A stretch of DNA of 64,000 bases from Raillietiella orientalis (Eukaryota). The stretch covers positions 186,001 to 250,000 of the forward strand of contig JAYWIR010000021.1 in NCBI GenBank assembly GCA_036172245.1. The letters are read 5' to 3'. Each line of letters begins with the position of its first letter. Position 1 is the first letter of the stretch. The translations under genes were made by a program, and so were the position numbers. The notes beneath the pieces were generated by a model that worked only from the letters and a program-made list of their open reading frames with translations, searched no databases and had not been told where the DNA came from. This document shows, one piece after another, positions 26,001 to 39,319 of the stretch.

Positions 26001-26250
26001 GAGGTGGCCTCTGGACCGGTAGCGACCGAGCGTTCCGTCGAAAGGGACCGCAAGTCGACAGCCGCGCTTTCACGGACAAGGTGCTCGCACCGAGCACTCG
26101 TTGAAACAGTCCCACCCTCGGGAGGTGAGGGTTGTGTTTGGCACGGGAGACCGCAAGAAACCCTTCTTCGAAGCAGTGGAAAGGAAAACTCCCAAGGGGA
26201 TCAAATGCCGTTCGTTTTTACGGAATGTGTTGACCGCAGCAATTAGGTCA
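23100..26250 (-). mobile_element. Decayed Ty3/Gypsy pol remnant (second RT)
   Basis: SSGFHRGISHL...TYLDEVVTG...FRLREKC (24000-24190) is a clear RT core, followed by FSLDTQGLALGVI and LALCDHRRV (RNaseH-like). The upstream boundary is uncertain. Confidence 0.65.
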
Positions 26251-27256
26251 AGAATTAGGTCAATATCGGACAATGGAGGCTCGATTCAGCGGTTGACTCA
26301 CGACAGAAGCACGGAGGGTAGATTTTCATAGTCAATGATTCCTGACAAGTAATCATGATTCTCAGCACACCCAAATCAACCGCTTGGGAAGCACAGGGAA
26401 GAAAAAAATCTCTTCGAACGTTTGGGAACGATTTTATAGGCTTATTACATTTCACTTCCATATCAAGTAAATCTTACTAAGAATTCATTATTTCTAGTGC
26501 TTCAGTTGATTAATTCCTGGTCATGATGGTGTTTTTTTCACCATTCGGGAAGCTCAAAGCCCATGTGCATCCCATCGTTTTTCAAAATCTACGTTTGAGA
26601 AGACAAAATAAGTTAGAAGCTGCTATAAAAAGACCAACTATGTTTCGGGATTGCAAAATCATTTCTTACTGAAATAGGGAGGAAAACAAAATTATTTGTC
26701 TAATGCCGTAGTTCGTATGTCTGCACCAACCACCAGGATGTACTCTCAAGTAGATTACCTTTGAGCTACTCATTTTTATTCGACTTGTAAACTCGTTTTT
26801 ATCCTGGAATTCGAGAGTATATGTTCCCAATGTACCGAAATGTCATATTTTGATGGATAGCTGCTCAAAATTTCATCACCCCGTTGTTCACTTATACAGA
26901 CTAACCCAAAAATCGCAATTTATTAAATTCAGCTCACATGCTGACAACTGCAGCTGCAATTAGCCAACTGTGTCAACACTTGGCTAAGAAATGACAAAAA
27001 GGCGAAAAAACAAAAAAAATCAACATTTTATTGTCCAATTATTTTCATCAGTAGAAATTCAAATCAGACACAAATCATTTCATAAAAGTTTCAGCATGTT
27101 TCATACCATCTTATGTTATTGCACTAAACACATATTCAGTTACTGATGAATCAAAGCATGGGGATCAGATAACACCTTGTAATCTTTCTTGATAAAAACA
27201 TCGCACTTTCAAAATGTGAGATCAACTGTTTGAGCTATGTGGTGAGAATCCATATA

Positions 27257-28323
27257 TTAGGAGAAAGTCACCCACAATGAAGTTATGGAAAATATCAGAA
27301 ACACAATACCACCGATAAGTGTAACTAAAAAAAAATGCAATGGCATAATTCTCATTCAGAAAGCAATAATATACACCTGTGCGAACAGAAATGTATTGTG
27401 CTGTCATCTTTCCTCCTATCACTGCCATCCCTGTACACAACCCATGTCCTGTTACACATCCAAACATTGTTCCTACTGTGTTCTACACAAATACAGCAAT
27501 TACACACTGGAAACACTGTGCTAACCTCCCGAGATGCAAGTAAAATGGTAGCTACTTGGGATCTATCACCCCATTCTGCAAGCAGTGTCATAGTAAAAGC
27601 TTGCAATCCCACCCGCATTACAATAAGCAAGGAATAGTTGAGGATGTTCTTATCGACACCCTTCTCAACATCTGATGTACTCTTTGCCAACTACAGACAA
27701 GTATGCAGTTAGCAGTCGATGCTCTACCACTCACTTCCTCTTCACGACGCAGAACATCACATTGTACTTCTTCCAGTTCCTCATGTGAATCACTTACTTT
27801 CATATTCCATCCATCCCATAACATCTTGAAACCAAATGCTGCCATAAGGGCAGAGCTTGCATACTGTGTATATAAACGAGGAATAAAGGTGGTCAAAAGA
27901 CCAAAGCTAACTGGAAAAAGGAAACTACTAATTGATAATATTGTGCACTCACTCGATAACAGTGTCATGATAATAAGTGCTAGAGTGGCAGCACCAAACA
28001 CAATCATACGTGGATGACGCATAGCCATAATAGCTGCAATAAAGAATGTCTTGTCCCCGAGCTCTGAAACCATTATTACAGCTATAGAAGCAAAAAATGC
28101 ATGTAAAAATCCTGCATCTGTTTGATCCCGGGCATCACTTGGCTTTGCTTCCGGATATATCTACAAATGAAGCTGGCTTTAAAACATTTACTTCCATAAT
28201 TCCTACATTTGTGATAGGAACACTGGAAGATTGCAGATGTGCTGCATTATATTGTGCACTGGCAAAAGTTACTGGCAAAAGAAAAGTACTATGCACAAAG
28301 TATTTTAAATTCTGCAGTGCCAT
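27257..28323 (-). CDS. TMEM165: TMEM165/GDT1-family (UPF0016) Golgi Ca2+/Mn2+ transporter, 6 exons
   Basis: Both family motifs are present: VSELGDKTFFIAAIMAMRHPR and LAEWGDRSQVATILLA, plus GHGLCTGMAVIGG. Exons traced through GT-AG junctions: 28323-28207, 28160-27953, 27910-27735, 27690-27526, 27482-27377, 27324-27257. The N-terminus is signal-peptide-like. The first donor site is the least certain. Confidence 0.93.
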
Positions 28324-28404
28324 GTTAATCTTTTATTGTAAAGAAAATACCTCAGTTACAAAGGACCTAGAAAAATTAATCAAAAAATGATTATTCAAAT
28401 GAGG

Positions 28405-28980
28405 TCAAGAATGGCGGAAATAATAATCAATTAATGTAGAAAATGCAGCAAAACCAGCAGCACCTAGCAGTCCTGCTTTTACACCTGCTCGCAAGCCAAT
28501 CAATCCACCTGTCACCGCACCTGCATAAGTACCATTTTTCCAATCACTGGTGCCACGCTGAGTTTCAATTGCACACTCAGTTGCTGCAAACAGAGCACCA
28601 ACAATTGCAAAATTTTTAGCATATCCAATCATCGTTGTTCCCATTTCACGCAATACCTCACGGACAGTTTGCTGATGCAAATTTGGCCCAACAACACTTG
28701 GATGAACACTAGCTGAAAACAGACCAACTCCAGCTCCAAGAGCACCTCCTAACACACAACTTATAACTGTTTTAAAGCTACAACTTTCGGTCACTTTTTC
28801 CATTAACTGTTCATCTGATGTCCGCATGTACACTGGTATAAGTCCTCTTGGGATCAGTATATGATCTCTCGGTCTTGATTTCCAATCAAGAACAGAATTA
28901 ACAATGACATCAAAATCATTCCGCATAAGAGCTTTTTCTGAGCTTGAAGTGTTACTCAAAATCTGTGCACTAGGCTCCAT
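28405..28980 (-). CDS. TIMM22: Mitochondrial inner-membrane translocase subunit Tim22, single coding exon
   Basis: The ORF contains ESCSFKTVISCVLGGALGAGVGLF, YAKNFAIVGALFAATECAIE and DWKNGTYAGAVTGGLIGLRAGVKAG...GFAAFSTLIDYY, typical of Tim22. ATG at 28980 was chosen for family-typical length; the frame is open to 29085. Confidence 0.93.
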   Translation of the reverse strand: MEPSAQILSNTSSSEKALMRNDFDVIVNSVLDWKSRPRDHILIPRGLIPVYMRTSDEQLMEKVTESCSFKTVISCVLGGALGAGVGLFSASVHPSVVGPNLHQQTVREVLREMGTTMIGYAKNFAIVGALFAATECAIETQRGTSDWKNGTYAGAVTGGLIGLRAGVKAGLLGAAGFAAFSTLIDYYFRHS

Positions 28981-29349
28981 GTTACATATGTGATATAACT
29001 TCACGTTATTTTTTTTAAAAAGCCGTACACATTCTTTACTTGACTTGGATGACTGGTGAACATACTTCCTTCTAAAAAGTGACATTCGATTAGTACTCTT
29101 TCTGCGAAAATCACTGCAGAAAATTGATTTTCCTGCTACTTTGGCAACTGCATTGAATTATACCGCTTCAAACGTTTCGTAAGCACCTCCCGGTAAAGAA
29201 CAGGATACTGAACTGGCGATCAGGATTCTTTCAAGCTTCAAATGAAACTTTCATCCCGGTGATTTTCCTCAATTCACCAGGACGCGGTGCCCGAGCACAC
29301 ACACACACACACATCGGCCTGCATTTCAACGTGCACTTTTATCGGAAAA

Positions 29350-32300
29350 CAAAATCGCTCTTTACGTATGGGTAGTAGAAATTACATTAGTGGGAAGACG
29401 AAAAATTATGGCATTCTTCGGGAAAATCACATACCTGCAACACGCCCGGCCCTGCGACTCCGACCGCTTCTGCACCCTCCCCGGGCGGAACTCCACTCGA
29501 AACGAGGAGTTTGCATCTGAGGGAATATTTCCGTTCCCAACAGATGCAGCGCTTCTACGCGGAGAAATTCTACTACTTCTACGTTGGGGGAGAGGGGAAG
29601 GACCGCCTGCGAGAGGCTGCACAAACGTTTCTCGAGAAACATCTGAACGGCATTCACGTTTCAGCACACGTCACCACCATTTTGCATGTCAAGTGACCAC
29701 GTGTTCTGAAGCCGGCGAAACCGGCTTCGGCTCCAAAACAAAGAGCCACCTGGATGGAGCGAGCAGGAAAACGAAAACCGACGACGATGAGCCGAAATGA
29801 CGTTCGTTCGTCTCCTTAATGAGGGATTCCCCTCATTTCGCATTCTGTGCTCCGTACCTCCCCACAAACAGATGGTTTGCCACGATTTGCTCGTCGGCAA
29901 AACTCATTCAACACCGGCAACGAGGGTGCGTTGCACTTTGGATGATCGGAAGTTGGCACCCGTGACTCGTGCTTCCTTCCGTTTGAGTGGACTGCATCGA
30001 AGCTTTCTCGTCCCAACTTCGTTGCAGTTTCCCTCTCTCAGAATTGTTCTCATTCGGTACCTACAAAAGCAGCAGCGGGTTTTCCCGGTATCGAGATGAG
30101 GTTTAAACTTTGGGCCATTCGGTTGGACAGCAATGCAAGGGAGAGCTCTGTTGTGGAGACGTCTCGATGCCTCCACTCAATCTCTAAAGATTGCAACGAA
30201 AATCCTCCAACATCTCCATGTCGTTGTTCCGTTGGAAAACAAGAAAAGCTTCACGAGGAACTTTTTGCGAAATTGGGGCCGAAAAATTCAAGTTTTCTCC
30301 AATTTGATGCATTCTGATTAACGTGAGGACTGAACCAGAAGAAACTTATTTAAACGGAGTCGATGGCTAACAAAGCAACCCAAAAGTTCCGTAACCATCT
30401 GTGAATTACATATTTACTGATCAATTAGACTTTACCCTTTCTCTTATCTGGAATGATTCATAAAGCAAGAGAACAGCTTTGCAGAATCCACCGGATGAAA
30501 ACCATTTCCTATTAATATACACAAATCATCTGCTATGGATTTGCATCTGAATAATAAAGAACTTCACAATGATTGCACTTTGGAATCATTCTATTTTTTT
30601 ATACCACTTAAATCTCTTTCTGTTTCGGTAAATTTTTTATTTACGACTATTTGATCATAAAGGATACGTGCTCCTAATCACTTCCGTCCACTGCACAAGA
30701 TCCACAATTCTAGATCGGTTGCGTTTATATCACCTGAAAAAAGAGTGAAGCACAAGTGCTGTCTTCCCTTCACTTTACAGAATGCACTTTACTATTTTTT
30801 TTTTTTTTTTTAAATGAAAATATTCATAAGGAAATAATTACGTCCCATAATTCTGCTCTGGAATGATGGGAATATCGATTCCGTGTATTCGTGTTCCAAT
30901 AGTTCGTTATCGATCTCAACTGAACTTTACCAAACAGAATCATTCAGATGCACACACAATCCATCCTGACTTTCCTCTCACTTTGACCCCAGCCAAGGGG
31001 CCGAGAAGCCACCGCAGCCAAAGTTGTGAGCAAGGCAGCTGATTTGGACCTATCGACCAGCTTCACCGGGCATCCAAATGCAACAGATCAAAAGGAGGGA
31101 GTTGAAATTGCCGTTGAGCAATTTTGATGCCTGTAATGTAATTGCTATGTATGCTGAGGAGAGTTTCCTATGAAGAACTGTCCATACGAAAGATGAGAGA
31201 CGGCATTTTTGAAAGCACAAAGAAATCCCACTAGGCTTCGCTTAACAAATGTAGGTTTCATTTTCTTCCCTTTGTAGAGATCACTTTGAGAAAAGCATTT
31301 TAATGATAGAAACACAGAACCCAACGTATAATCAATGGAAGAGATCCGTTTTCCCCCATTTCCTAAAAGCCGTAAACTTACCTTTGTGATTCGCTGAAAA
31401 CACCGCTTCTGTGCACTCAACGAAAATCGCTAACCGTTACCGCCGATGACTGCCAAAAATGGTTTCGTCTTCAAATCCACAAACGGCGAAGTAAATTTCA
31501 GTCGAAATGCGACAGTTGTGCAAAGTTAGGGACACTTCAAGACGCGACCTACGGTGTGCCCTACGAACTGGTCCACCGCGCCGAATGCGACGGCGGCGAG
31601 CAGCGGTGTGGTCCATTCCGTGCCTTTACTCCACAGGAACGAAGTGGATTTTCGGTCGACCCTGCGGAGGGTATTTGTGGTGCCGAGCAAAAGTCGACAG
31701 AAAGCTTTCGAGATATCGGAGATTTGGTGGTTGAGCGTTACGCACTTCTCCTTTTGTAGTGGACTTCCAACTGCGACCGGAGCGCGCCTTGGTGAAATTG
31801 GACACGCCCCAGGCAGCTAAGGTTGCAAACACCGATTTTCGAACGCATGCTGTTTTCCAGCTATGGGAGGGAACCAGCGGAATGCCCGTGATGAAATCTG
31901 ATGTCAAAACAATTAGTGGGACGCAAACATGTTGCTCCGAACATTGGCATGAGAGGAAGTGCGGAATCCCGAGGGCCTCTCTCTGTTTACCTCTCAGCAG
32001 CACCAATCGCCGCTTGCCGTTACAGAGGACAACTGCTTTTTCGTTCTTTCCTCAATTCCTTTTCCCATTTCGCAATACTGTACCAGAACTCGGTTACCAA
32101 TTCATGCTCAAAGATTAGTAAACTCCTGGAGAATAGGTCACCTGAAATCAGCATGTACTTTCATTTTGGTACGCTACGTTAAGCGTGGTGGACATTGCAG
32201 TACGGCCAGAAATCTGCACGCTTGCAGAGATCATTCAATCACCGGTCTCTGCAGCATCACACTTTGTGCTGTTGTTACCCCCTATTCAGACTCGGAGAGA

Positions 32301-32550
32301 ATTACAGTGGAAAATTAAAAAAGAAAACCCCCAGGACTGAGTCCGCTTTCTAGCATGGAGTTATCTAGTGGCTACCATTTAGCACTCTTCACCGAGTGCA
32401 ACTCGTAGTCCAGAAGTTACAATTAACATTTCATCAACGGCCGGTGCATTGATTTCGTTCCTACCTCGTGATAGAGCTCTTCGGCTCGTGCGGCAGCTCA
32501 TTTGTGGATCCTCCTTAACCCACGTTGCTTCAGCCTTTGCAAGGTTTTCA
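29350..32550 (+). mobile_element. Decayed Gypsy gag-pro-(RT largely lost)-RNaseH-integrase remnant
   Basis: Gag-like DSDRFCTL...EEF...DAALLRGEIL; knuckle-like FACQVTTCSEAGETGF (~29690); RNaseH-like GIFESTKKSH (~31210); integrase lead-in RRVFVVPSKSRQKAF (~31680) and FQLWEG. Confidence 0.5.
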
Positions 32551-33298
32551 AAGTCGAAAAAATGCGAAACACGCCAATTCAAAAAATGGTAAAACTCCCG
32601 CCAATATTAATGAGCTCTAAACTTTCACTTCTTTATACAAATCTGCTGCGAATCGACACCGGGCATAATAGAATTTAACAATTTCTTTGCTATTTATTCT
32701 GACTGCATGCAACAGAAATTACACATGCAACAACCAGCTGCAATGAGAAATTGACCACAAAGATGAAGATATGCCAAAACACGGGGTAAGCGATTCGATG
32801 TAAACGAAATCCTTATTTCCACTTTAAAATATCAACTGAAATTTTTTTTGTTTCTTTTTTTGAATAGGAGTTTTTTTATTGATAGATTGAGCATACAATA
32901 TAAAGGGCACTAATTTTCAAAAGAAGAATACTTCTCAAAATCAACTCAAAACCAGCTCTTTGCTCGCATTTTATAAACTATTTGGTACTTCTTGACAACA
33001 CCAAACAGCATGGTGCAGTTTCACAATAAATTCAAAAAAATCTTGGTGACAGAACCAAAGAGGCATTCTGACGTCAATAGTTCCATGATTTCTATCCATG
33101 CATAAGCCTGATCTTGCAGAAACTTTCAAACACAATCGTTGGTTTGTTGAATGCTGTGCAAAAAGCAAGCCTTGATGCTAAATGGTTTTATGCAATATAT
33201 TAATTTCATGCAGTCTGAGCAATATAATTTTTCATAAAATCAAATGATTATCGACTATGAATTTTTGTGTTCTTTTCATAATAAAGTATAAAGAGCTT

Positions 33299-36200
33299 CT
33301 AATCTGATCGAGGTAACAATTTGTTTGTCTCTGGTTGCAAAAACTCACAAATTAAGCTGTTCACAAGATCCTGTAGCAACTTGTCATATGATGGCCATTC
33401 ACTGAAAATTGTATACACAAAAACTCAATATATTCTATGAGAAAACTCACTTCTGTGGAGCCGTCACACACATCTCTGTGTAATACTTTAATTTGGGTTC
33501 TGTACCACTGGTACGCAAAGTGGCTATAGTACCATTTTCAAAATAAAAGGTGATCATTTGAGAAGTGGTTGACAAAGGTAAAGTTGCCCTATGATCTGGC
33601 TGTCGTGAGTCATATCCTGTGTTTAAGTCACGTACATGAATCACAGGATAACCACCACAAGTGACAGGATACTACAAGCATATGTTATTCATTTTAAACT
33701 GTTGAAACAAGGTATCTTACTTTTGTTGTACCATCATAATTACGAAGACGATCAAAGATCCGCAAAATTGTGGGTGGATCATAACACAGAAAATAGGAGT
33801 TCCTGCTAGTATGATATCCATACCTTCCAAATGGAGTTAAGCGTTGCACACACTGCGTGCCTATGCTTACTCTAAGTAGAGTTCTTCAAGTTTGCTTTCT
33901 AAAGTTTTGTTCTCTGTTTGAAGAAAAGCAGCCAGTTCAGTGACCCGCATGCATGCACCAATACCATCTTTGTCTAAGGGACATGTTCCACACATAAAAC
34001 CAATGGCTTCCTCAAAAGCAAACAATACTACATGGCCTTCCCTTTGTAATTCATCTGCTTTATTTGCCATCCATTTAAAGCCCGTCAGTGTTTCCTAGAA
34101 AATCCAATAAGCAAAGCTGGTTTTAAAATGCAAAGGGAGCAAGTACCACAAAATTGAACCCTTCTTTTTTGGCAATGGCTCCTAGCATTTTGGATGACAC
34201 AGCACTAGCAATCATGTAAACATTGCTGCTTGGTGATGCCAAGTGTTTAAGACGATAACAGTGCCACATCCACCAACCCAGAAGAGTACCAATTTCATTT
34301 CCTGTAAAAATTTTCCAGTTGCCACTAAAATGCAGATTGCACATACTAATTACGAGCATAGCTGAGAATACATCAATACTTTTTGCCTCTCTCAGCAACA
34401 GCCATTCTGTCAGCATCTGGATCATTTGCCAGGATAACTGTACATTCTGTTTGCATGGCCACAGCCAAAGCTTCATTCAGACTTCCTGTTTCCTCTGGAT
34501 TGGGGAAAGGAACTGTTGGGAAATCAGGATCAGCATCCTTTTGAGAAGGCACAGAAACAAAGGCCTGAAAAATACATATAGTTAGCCAACCATCATCATG
34601 CAACAGTAAGCAACATAATTTTCTGTTGGATCACCAATACACACATATGAACACATAAAGATAATTATTCCAATACATGCTGAATGCCTAAGACTCAATT
34701 TTCAGGATATTCTTGTAAAAGAACAAAGGGTTCTTACTATTCCTTTAACTTGGATTATCACGTACTTGCGATTAACAGTACCATCATGAAATTCATAATG
34801 AAACTAAACACAAATTAGTCACAAAGCTACCAACAGTACATCCATTAGATTGTCCTTAAAATATTCATAACCATGTTGTCAAATGAAAAGCTTCACAAAA
34901 AAACAAAAATTCCTCTACTGCCAATTGCAATCAGAATTGCTTTGAGTTTTATCACTGTTAAACTGATTGCCATCAACAACCTAATTCTCTTAAATACTTC
35001 CTTTTCCAAACATAAAAAGACAGCAAAGGAGCATAAACTTATGGATAACAATTATGTAACGACTTTTTGAGAAGACACGTTTCTGAATGTAACCTGCAAA
35101 CTGATTATGTGATTAAAAAAAGCAGATGAATTTTCCCTCCATATTTTAGGGAGGAAAAATTAGAATTCTGTGTCCTATCCCAATTGGAGTGAATACAAGT
35201 CCTTCCAAACACTATATCAAATCAGTATTTTTAAAGTATAAGGAAATGAAAGTCTTACGAAAATGAACTTCCCAGGAAAACAAAAATGATGCAAATATGA
35301 ATTTCACCAGCTACTTTTTAAAGTTTGCAAGCTGATGAAAATAGAGTGCACGCATCCAGAGGAATTAATGAATAAATTTTCAAGAAATGCTGAAATAAAT
35401 ATTGAAACCTTTTTATATTTTTGGGCCAAGAGTCATGATTAAATAATCAAAAATTTGGCCATTTGTAAAGCTGATTGCTTCAGTCTTGAAAACTGTTTAC
35501 TATTTTCAGCATGTGCACTTCATTTTACCAGCAAGCATTTATGGAATTATGTAACATGGTAGTTAATCATATTTACCTTAGCCATCTAAATGTATAGGGC
35601 TCTATGTTGGTCATCTATTTCCAAGGTTAGTTAATGTTTGATTAGCAATCGGTAAACCTGGTAGCAGTGCTCAGGGCTGTGAACTCAAAGCACTGGTTCA
35701 TGCGTTAGTAAGTGTACAAGTAATTTTAAAAATGGAGGGTGAGGACAATACATTCATTAACAGTAATTCATATATCAAGGTATAAAAAATGCAATAAAAA
35801 GTTAAATACTGCACTCATAATGATTTACTGAAAATTATCACTGATGTACCCTTATAGGTAAGGTACTTGATAGTGTTGGTTTGGTGGAATGCAGTCATTG
35901 AAACATACAAAAGTCATAAAAATATCGCAATGAATTTGATAATGTGACGAAGATACATGCTGCAAAGCAATTCACTAATGAAAATTTGCTTGTAGTATAC
36001 TGTTGAACAGAACAAATTTTTATTCAACAGTACAGTACAGGCAAAACACAAACACAAACACAGTGTCAACTACACTCACTTTTGAACTTTGATTGAAAGT
36101 ACAGCATGTGATCCTACTAAATGTCTTAAAGCATTGTTGACAAAAACGAGGAAAAGTATTCACCATTCATAACCTCAAAATTGTAATTGTGACGAAAACA

Positions 36201-39071
36201 AGAATGACGAAACACTCTGTGACGAAAACAGTAATGAAATCAATCTATCTACGACACATGGTTTCATGCACCCATCAGATTCAATGCATGTTGAAAGTGA
36301 AGTGAATTTAAAAGCAAACATGTAGGTCTTCTTGTGTGAATGAAAAATAAGTTTCTTCAATATAAGCATCTTTGATATCAGAATTCATTTACTTGATTCA
36401 ATATACTGATTTTGTAAGTTCAAAGCTAGTCCCCAAAAGGCTCATTAGTGCACCTTATTATTTGCATCCAAACAAAAATTTTTTGATGGACACAACAATT
36501 AATAAAAGCTTTCCTTCGATCTTTTAATACCGCAGAATATTTTCTTATCCTGCTTGTACATTACTCTTATTATGCATGCACTTATTATGCATTATTATTA
36601 CATTACCACATTGAATTATGCTGTAATTCTGCTGTATTATAACCACTTTCTCATATTTAGAGCATTAACTAATAACTTGAAAGCAGCAGCTTTGGAAGTA
36701 TCTAAAATATTATAACTCAACACAACTAATGACCACAGACCAAAAGCATACCATCTTTTAGATCAGATAATCACTTAACCAACATTTAGAAAATCAACAT
36801 TTATCCAGTAGTTTGCATCTAAATTGTCTATAATTTAACAAAGTAAACATTGTGATAATCCAGACTTCATTCAAGAATCAGCCACAATCACATCTTTGGA
36901 GAGAAACAATATTTCTTTTACTGTGGTATTCAAAAACATTTCATAATTATAATTATTTCTACCAACTAGTTCCTTGATGTTCCTTCCATTCTTTATTCAA
37001 TGAAACCTCACACATATGATTTCATAAAAATTTTGTACTTTTCCTATCAATATGAATACTTTCTTGCACAGCTTTCAATTCTGCTGCTCATAACTGGATC
37101 TTATACATAACAAATGGAAGTGCCATATTGTTTGTGTGTGTTTGCCTTCTAAAGATACATACAGTTTACACATAAATTGAATTAACTAAGTAAAATGGAT
37201 CCTCAATAACTTTCCAGTCTATTAATAATCAGTTCAACTCTAGTTACTAATCTAACAAATAATATATATAAAGGCAACTTCTTAAGTTCACTCTACTTTC
37301 TAAGATAATATATGCAGAAAAATGTACATTTAATTTCATTCTTTCATTCATTCATCATTCATCTTTATTCATGAATAGGAATACAGTGCTGACAAGAGAA
37401 TCTTCTACAATAGAGAACTTTATAACATAGAACATGATACAGGATGCTCATGAAAGTACTTTCACATATATAAGAAAATGAATAAATTTGAACTATGTAA
37501 AAAAAATGTGAAAGTTCTCCATAAGTATTTATAAATTAAGTTTTCATTATTTCCATACCATTTCCATTTCACTAACACAGGTATACAATTGCTGATTCAT
37601 TATTTACCAATCATGTAAGATTAAAACATGATTAAGAATAAAACAGGTTTCCAATTCATTAAAATGATATGTAAAAACACTTGTGAATGTAACTGATTAT
37701 GAAAAACCAAACACAAAATTCAAACATCCATGCTTATTAAACACAACGATTCTTCTTTTAAATAGCACTGAATTTATTGAAGTAGTTAGCTTATTTAATC
37801 ATTTACTTTATTTATGCTTAATTATGAAATGCATCAGATAATAACGAAAGTTAAGCAGAACCTTTGAATTTTTAATGTAAATATAGTATTAGTAAAAGTG
37901 CACAAACAAATGGCGAAAGACTGCCTTCTCACATTCATTAAAAAGTTTCATTACCGGAAAGTTACAGAAATCAAATGCTTCAGACATAAATTTCTGAGAA
38001 ACACCATGCATGGGTGTAAAACAAATTTTCACTTGACTGTTGAATGCCAGCTCAGGATATGCAAGACTATTTTTCAAATGCTGCAAATAACTAATCCAAA
38101 TTGAAGGCAATGGATCTCTAACAAGGGAACTTTTCTGCAAGATTTCAGTATCCCATGAAGTGGGCCAAGGTTCAAGATTATCCTCAATACTAGACTGAAT
38201 TCCTTGATCATAAGGATGTATTATCTAAACATGAATAAAATAATATGGTTGTTTTTTAAGAAAACATAATCATATGATAAGTTCCTAACCTGTGGTCCAT
38301 TTGACCAAAACACCTTATAGCCATTATCATCTTTGGGATTATGCGAAGCAGTAATCATGATTCCACACTGACATTTTAAGGACACCACAGAGAATGGGAC
38401 AAGAGGAGTGGGACAAAATTCACTGAACAAATACACTGGAATTCCTTGATGAAGCATGATGGATGCAGCTCTTTGGGCCCAACTAAAATGAAATAACTAA
38501 GCACTACCAACAGCAATAGTAAAGAACATGATGTCCTTTGAAATCATGACCCCTTTACTAATCTTTCCAGCAACAAGATAATTCGTATTAACATGATATT
38601 TAATAATGAAACTAAAAACTGAATCATATTGCAAAACAATAATTTGATACATACTTTTTGCTATTGTGTCGTGCATCATACCCAATAGCACAGCCAACAG
38701 ACTTGATATTACTACATGTTTTTAAAAGATAGCTTGCTAAACCCTGTGTAGTTTGTATCAGAACAAGGTCATTAAGTGCATTATAACCAGATTCCATTTT
38801 GCCTCTTATCCCTGCTGTACCAAATTTTAATCTTTGCAGCAACTTCTTTTCTAGAACTTCCAATTTCTTTTCTTTTAAAAGATTGAAGATATCTGATTTT
38901 GTGTCTTCATTCTACAAAACAAATACAGGGATTCAATATGAGCCACCACGTTTCCAAGTAAAATCCTCATAATAATTATTTCATTCCAGAACATACTTTA
39001 TCCCACGATAACCATTCGAGGACTTTGGAATCGAGCTTAGCATTTCCAGTATCAATTTTAAAAGTGCCCAT
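33299..39071 (-). CDS. PGM2: Phosphoglucomutase-2 / phosphopentomutase (PGM2/PGM2L1 family), 10 exons
   Basis: Motifs: FGTAGIRG, active-site ITASHNP, metal-binding [34 protein letters not shown]. Exons: 39071-38997, 38911-38655, 38482-38290, 38224-37955, 34564-34380, 34324-34147, 34094-33871, 33823-33721, 33671-33451, 33401-33299. They sum to 1809 nt (603 codons) in frame. Confidence 0.95.
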
Positions 39072-39319
39072 TTTTTAATACTCGAAAACCTAGAAAGCAA
39101 AATGAAAACCAAAATACAGTATTTGTCTGCTTACTTCAATTATTCATGCTATATACCCCCAACAGTACATTTTTAATTGTATATCTCCATTCAGTGCTTT
39201 ACAATGAATGAAAATACATCACGTATTACTCATTTGAGTGATTCACTATAAGTTACAGCTTTTAAAATGAGACTAAGTTGAAAGCACACATTCTTTCAGA
39301 GCGCGACACTATGGTAAAA

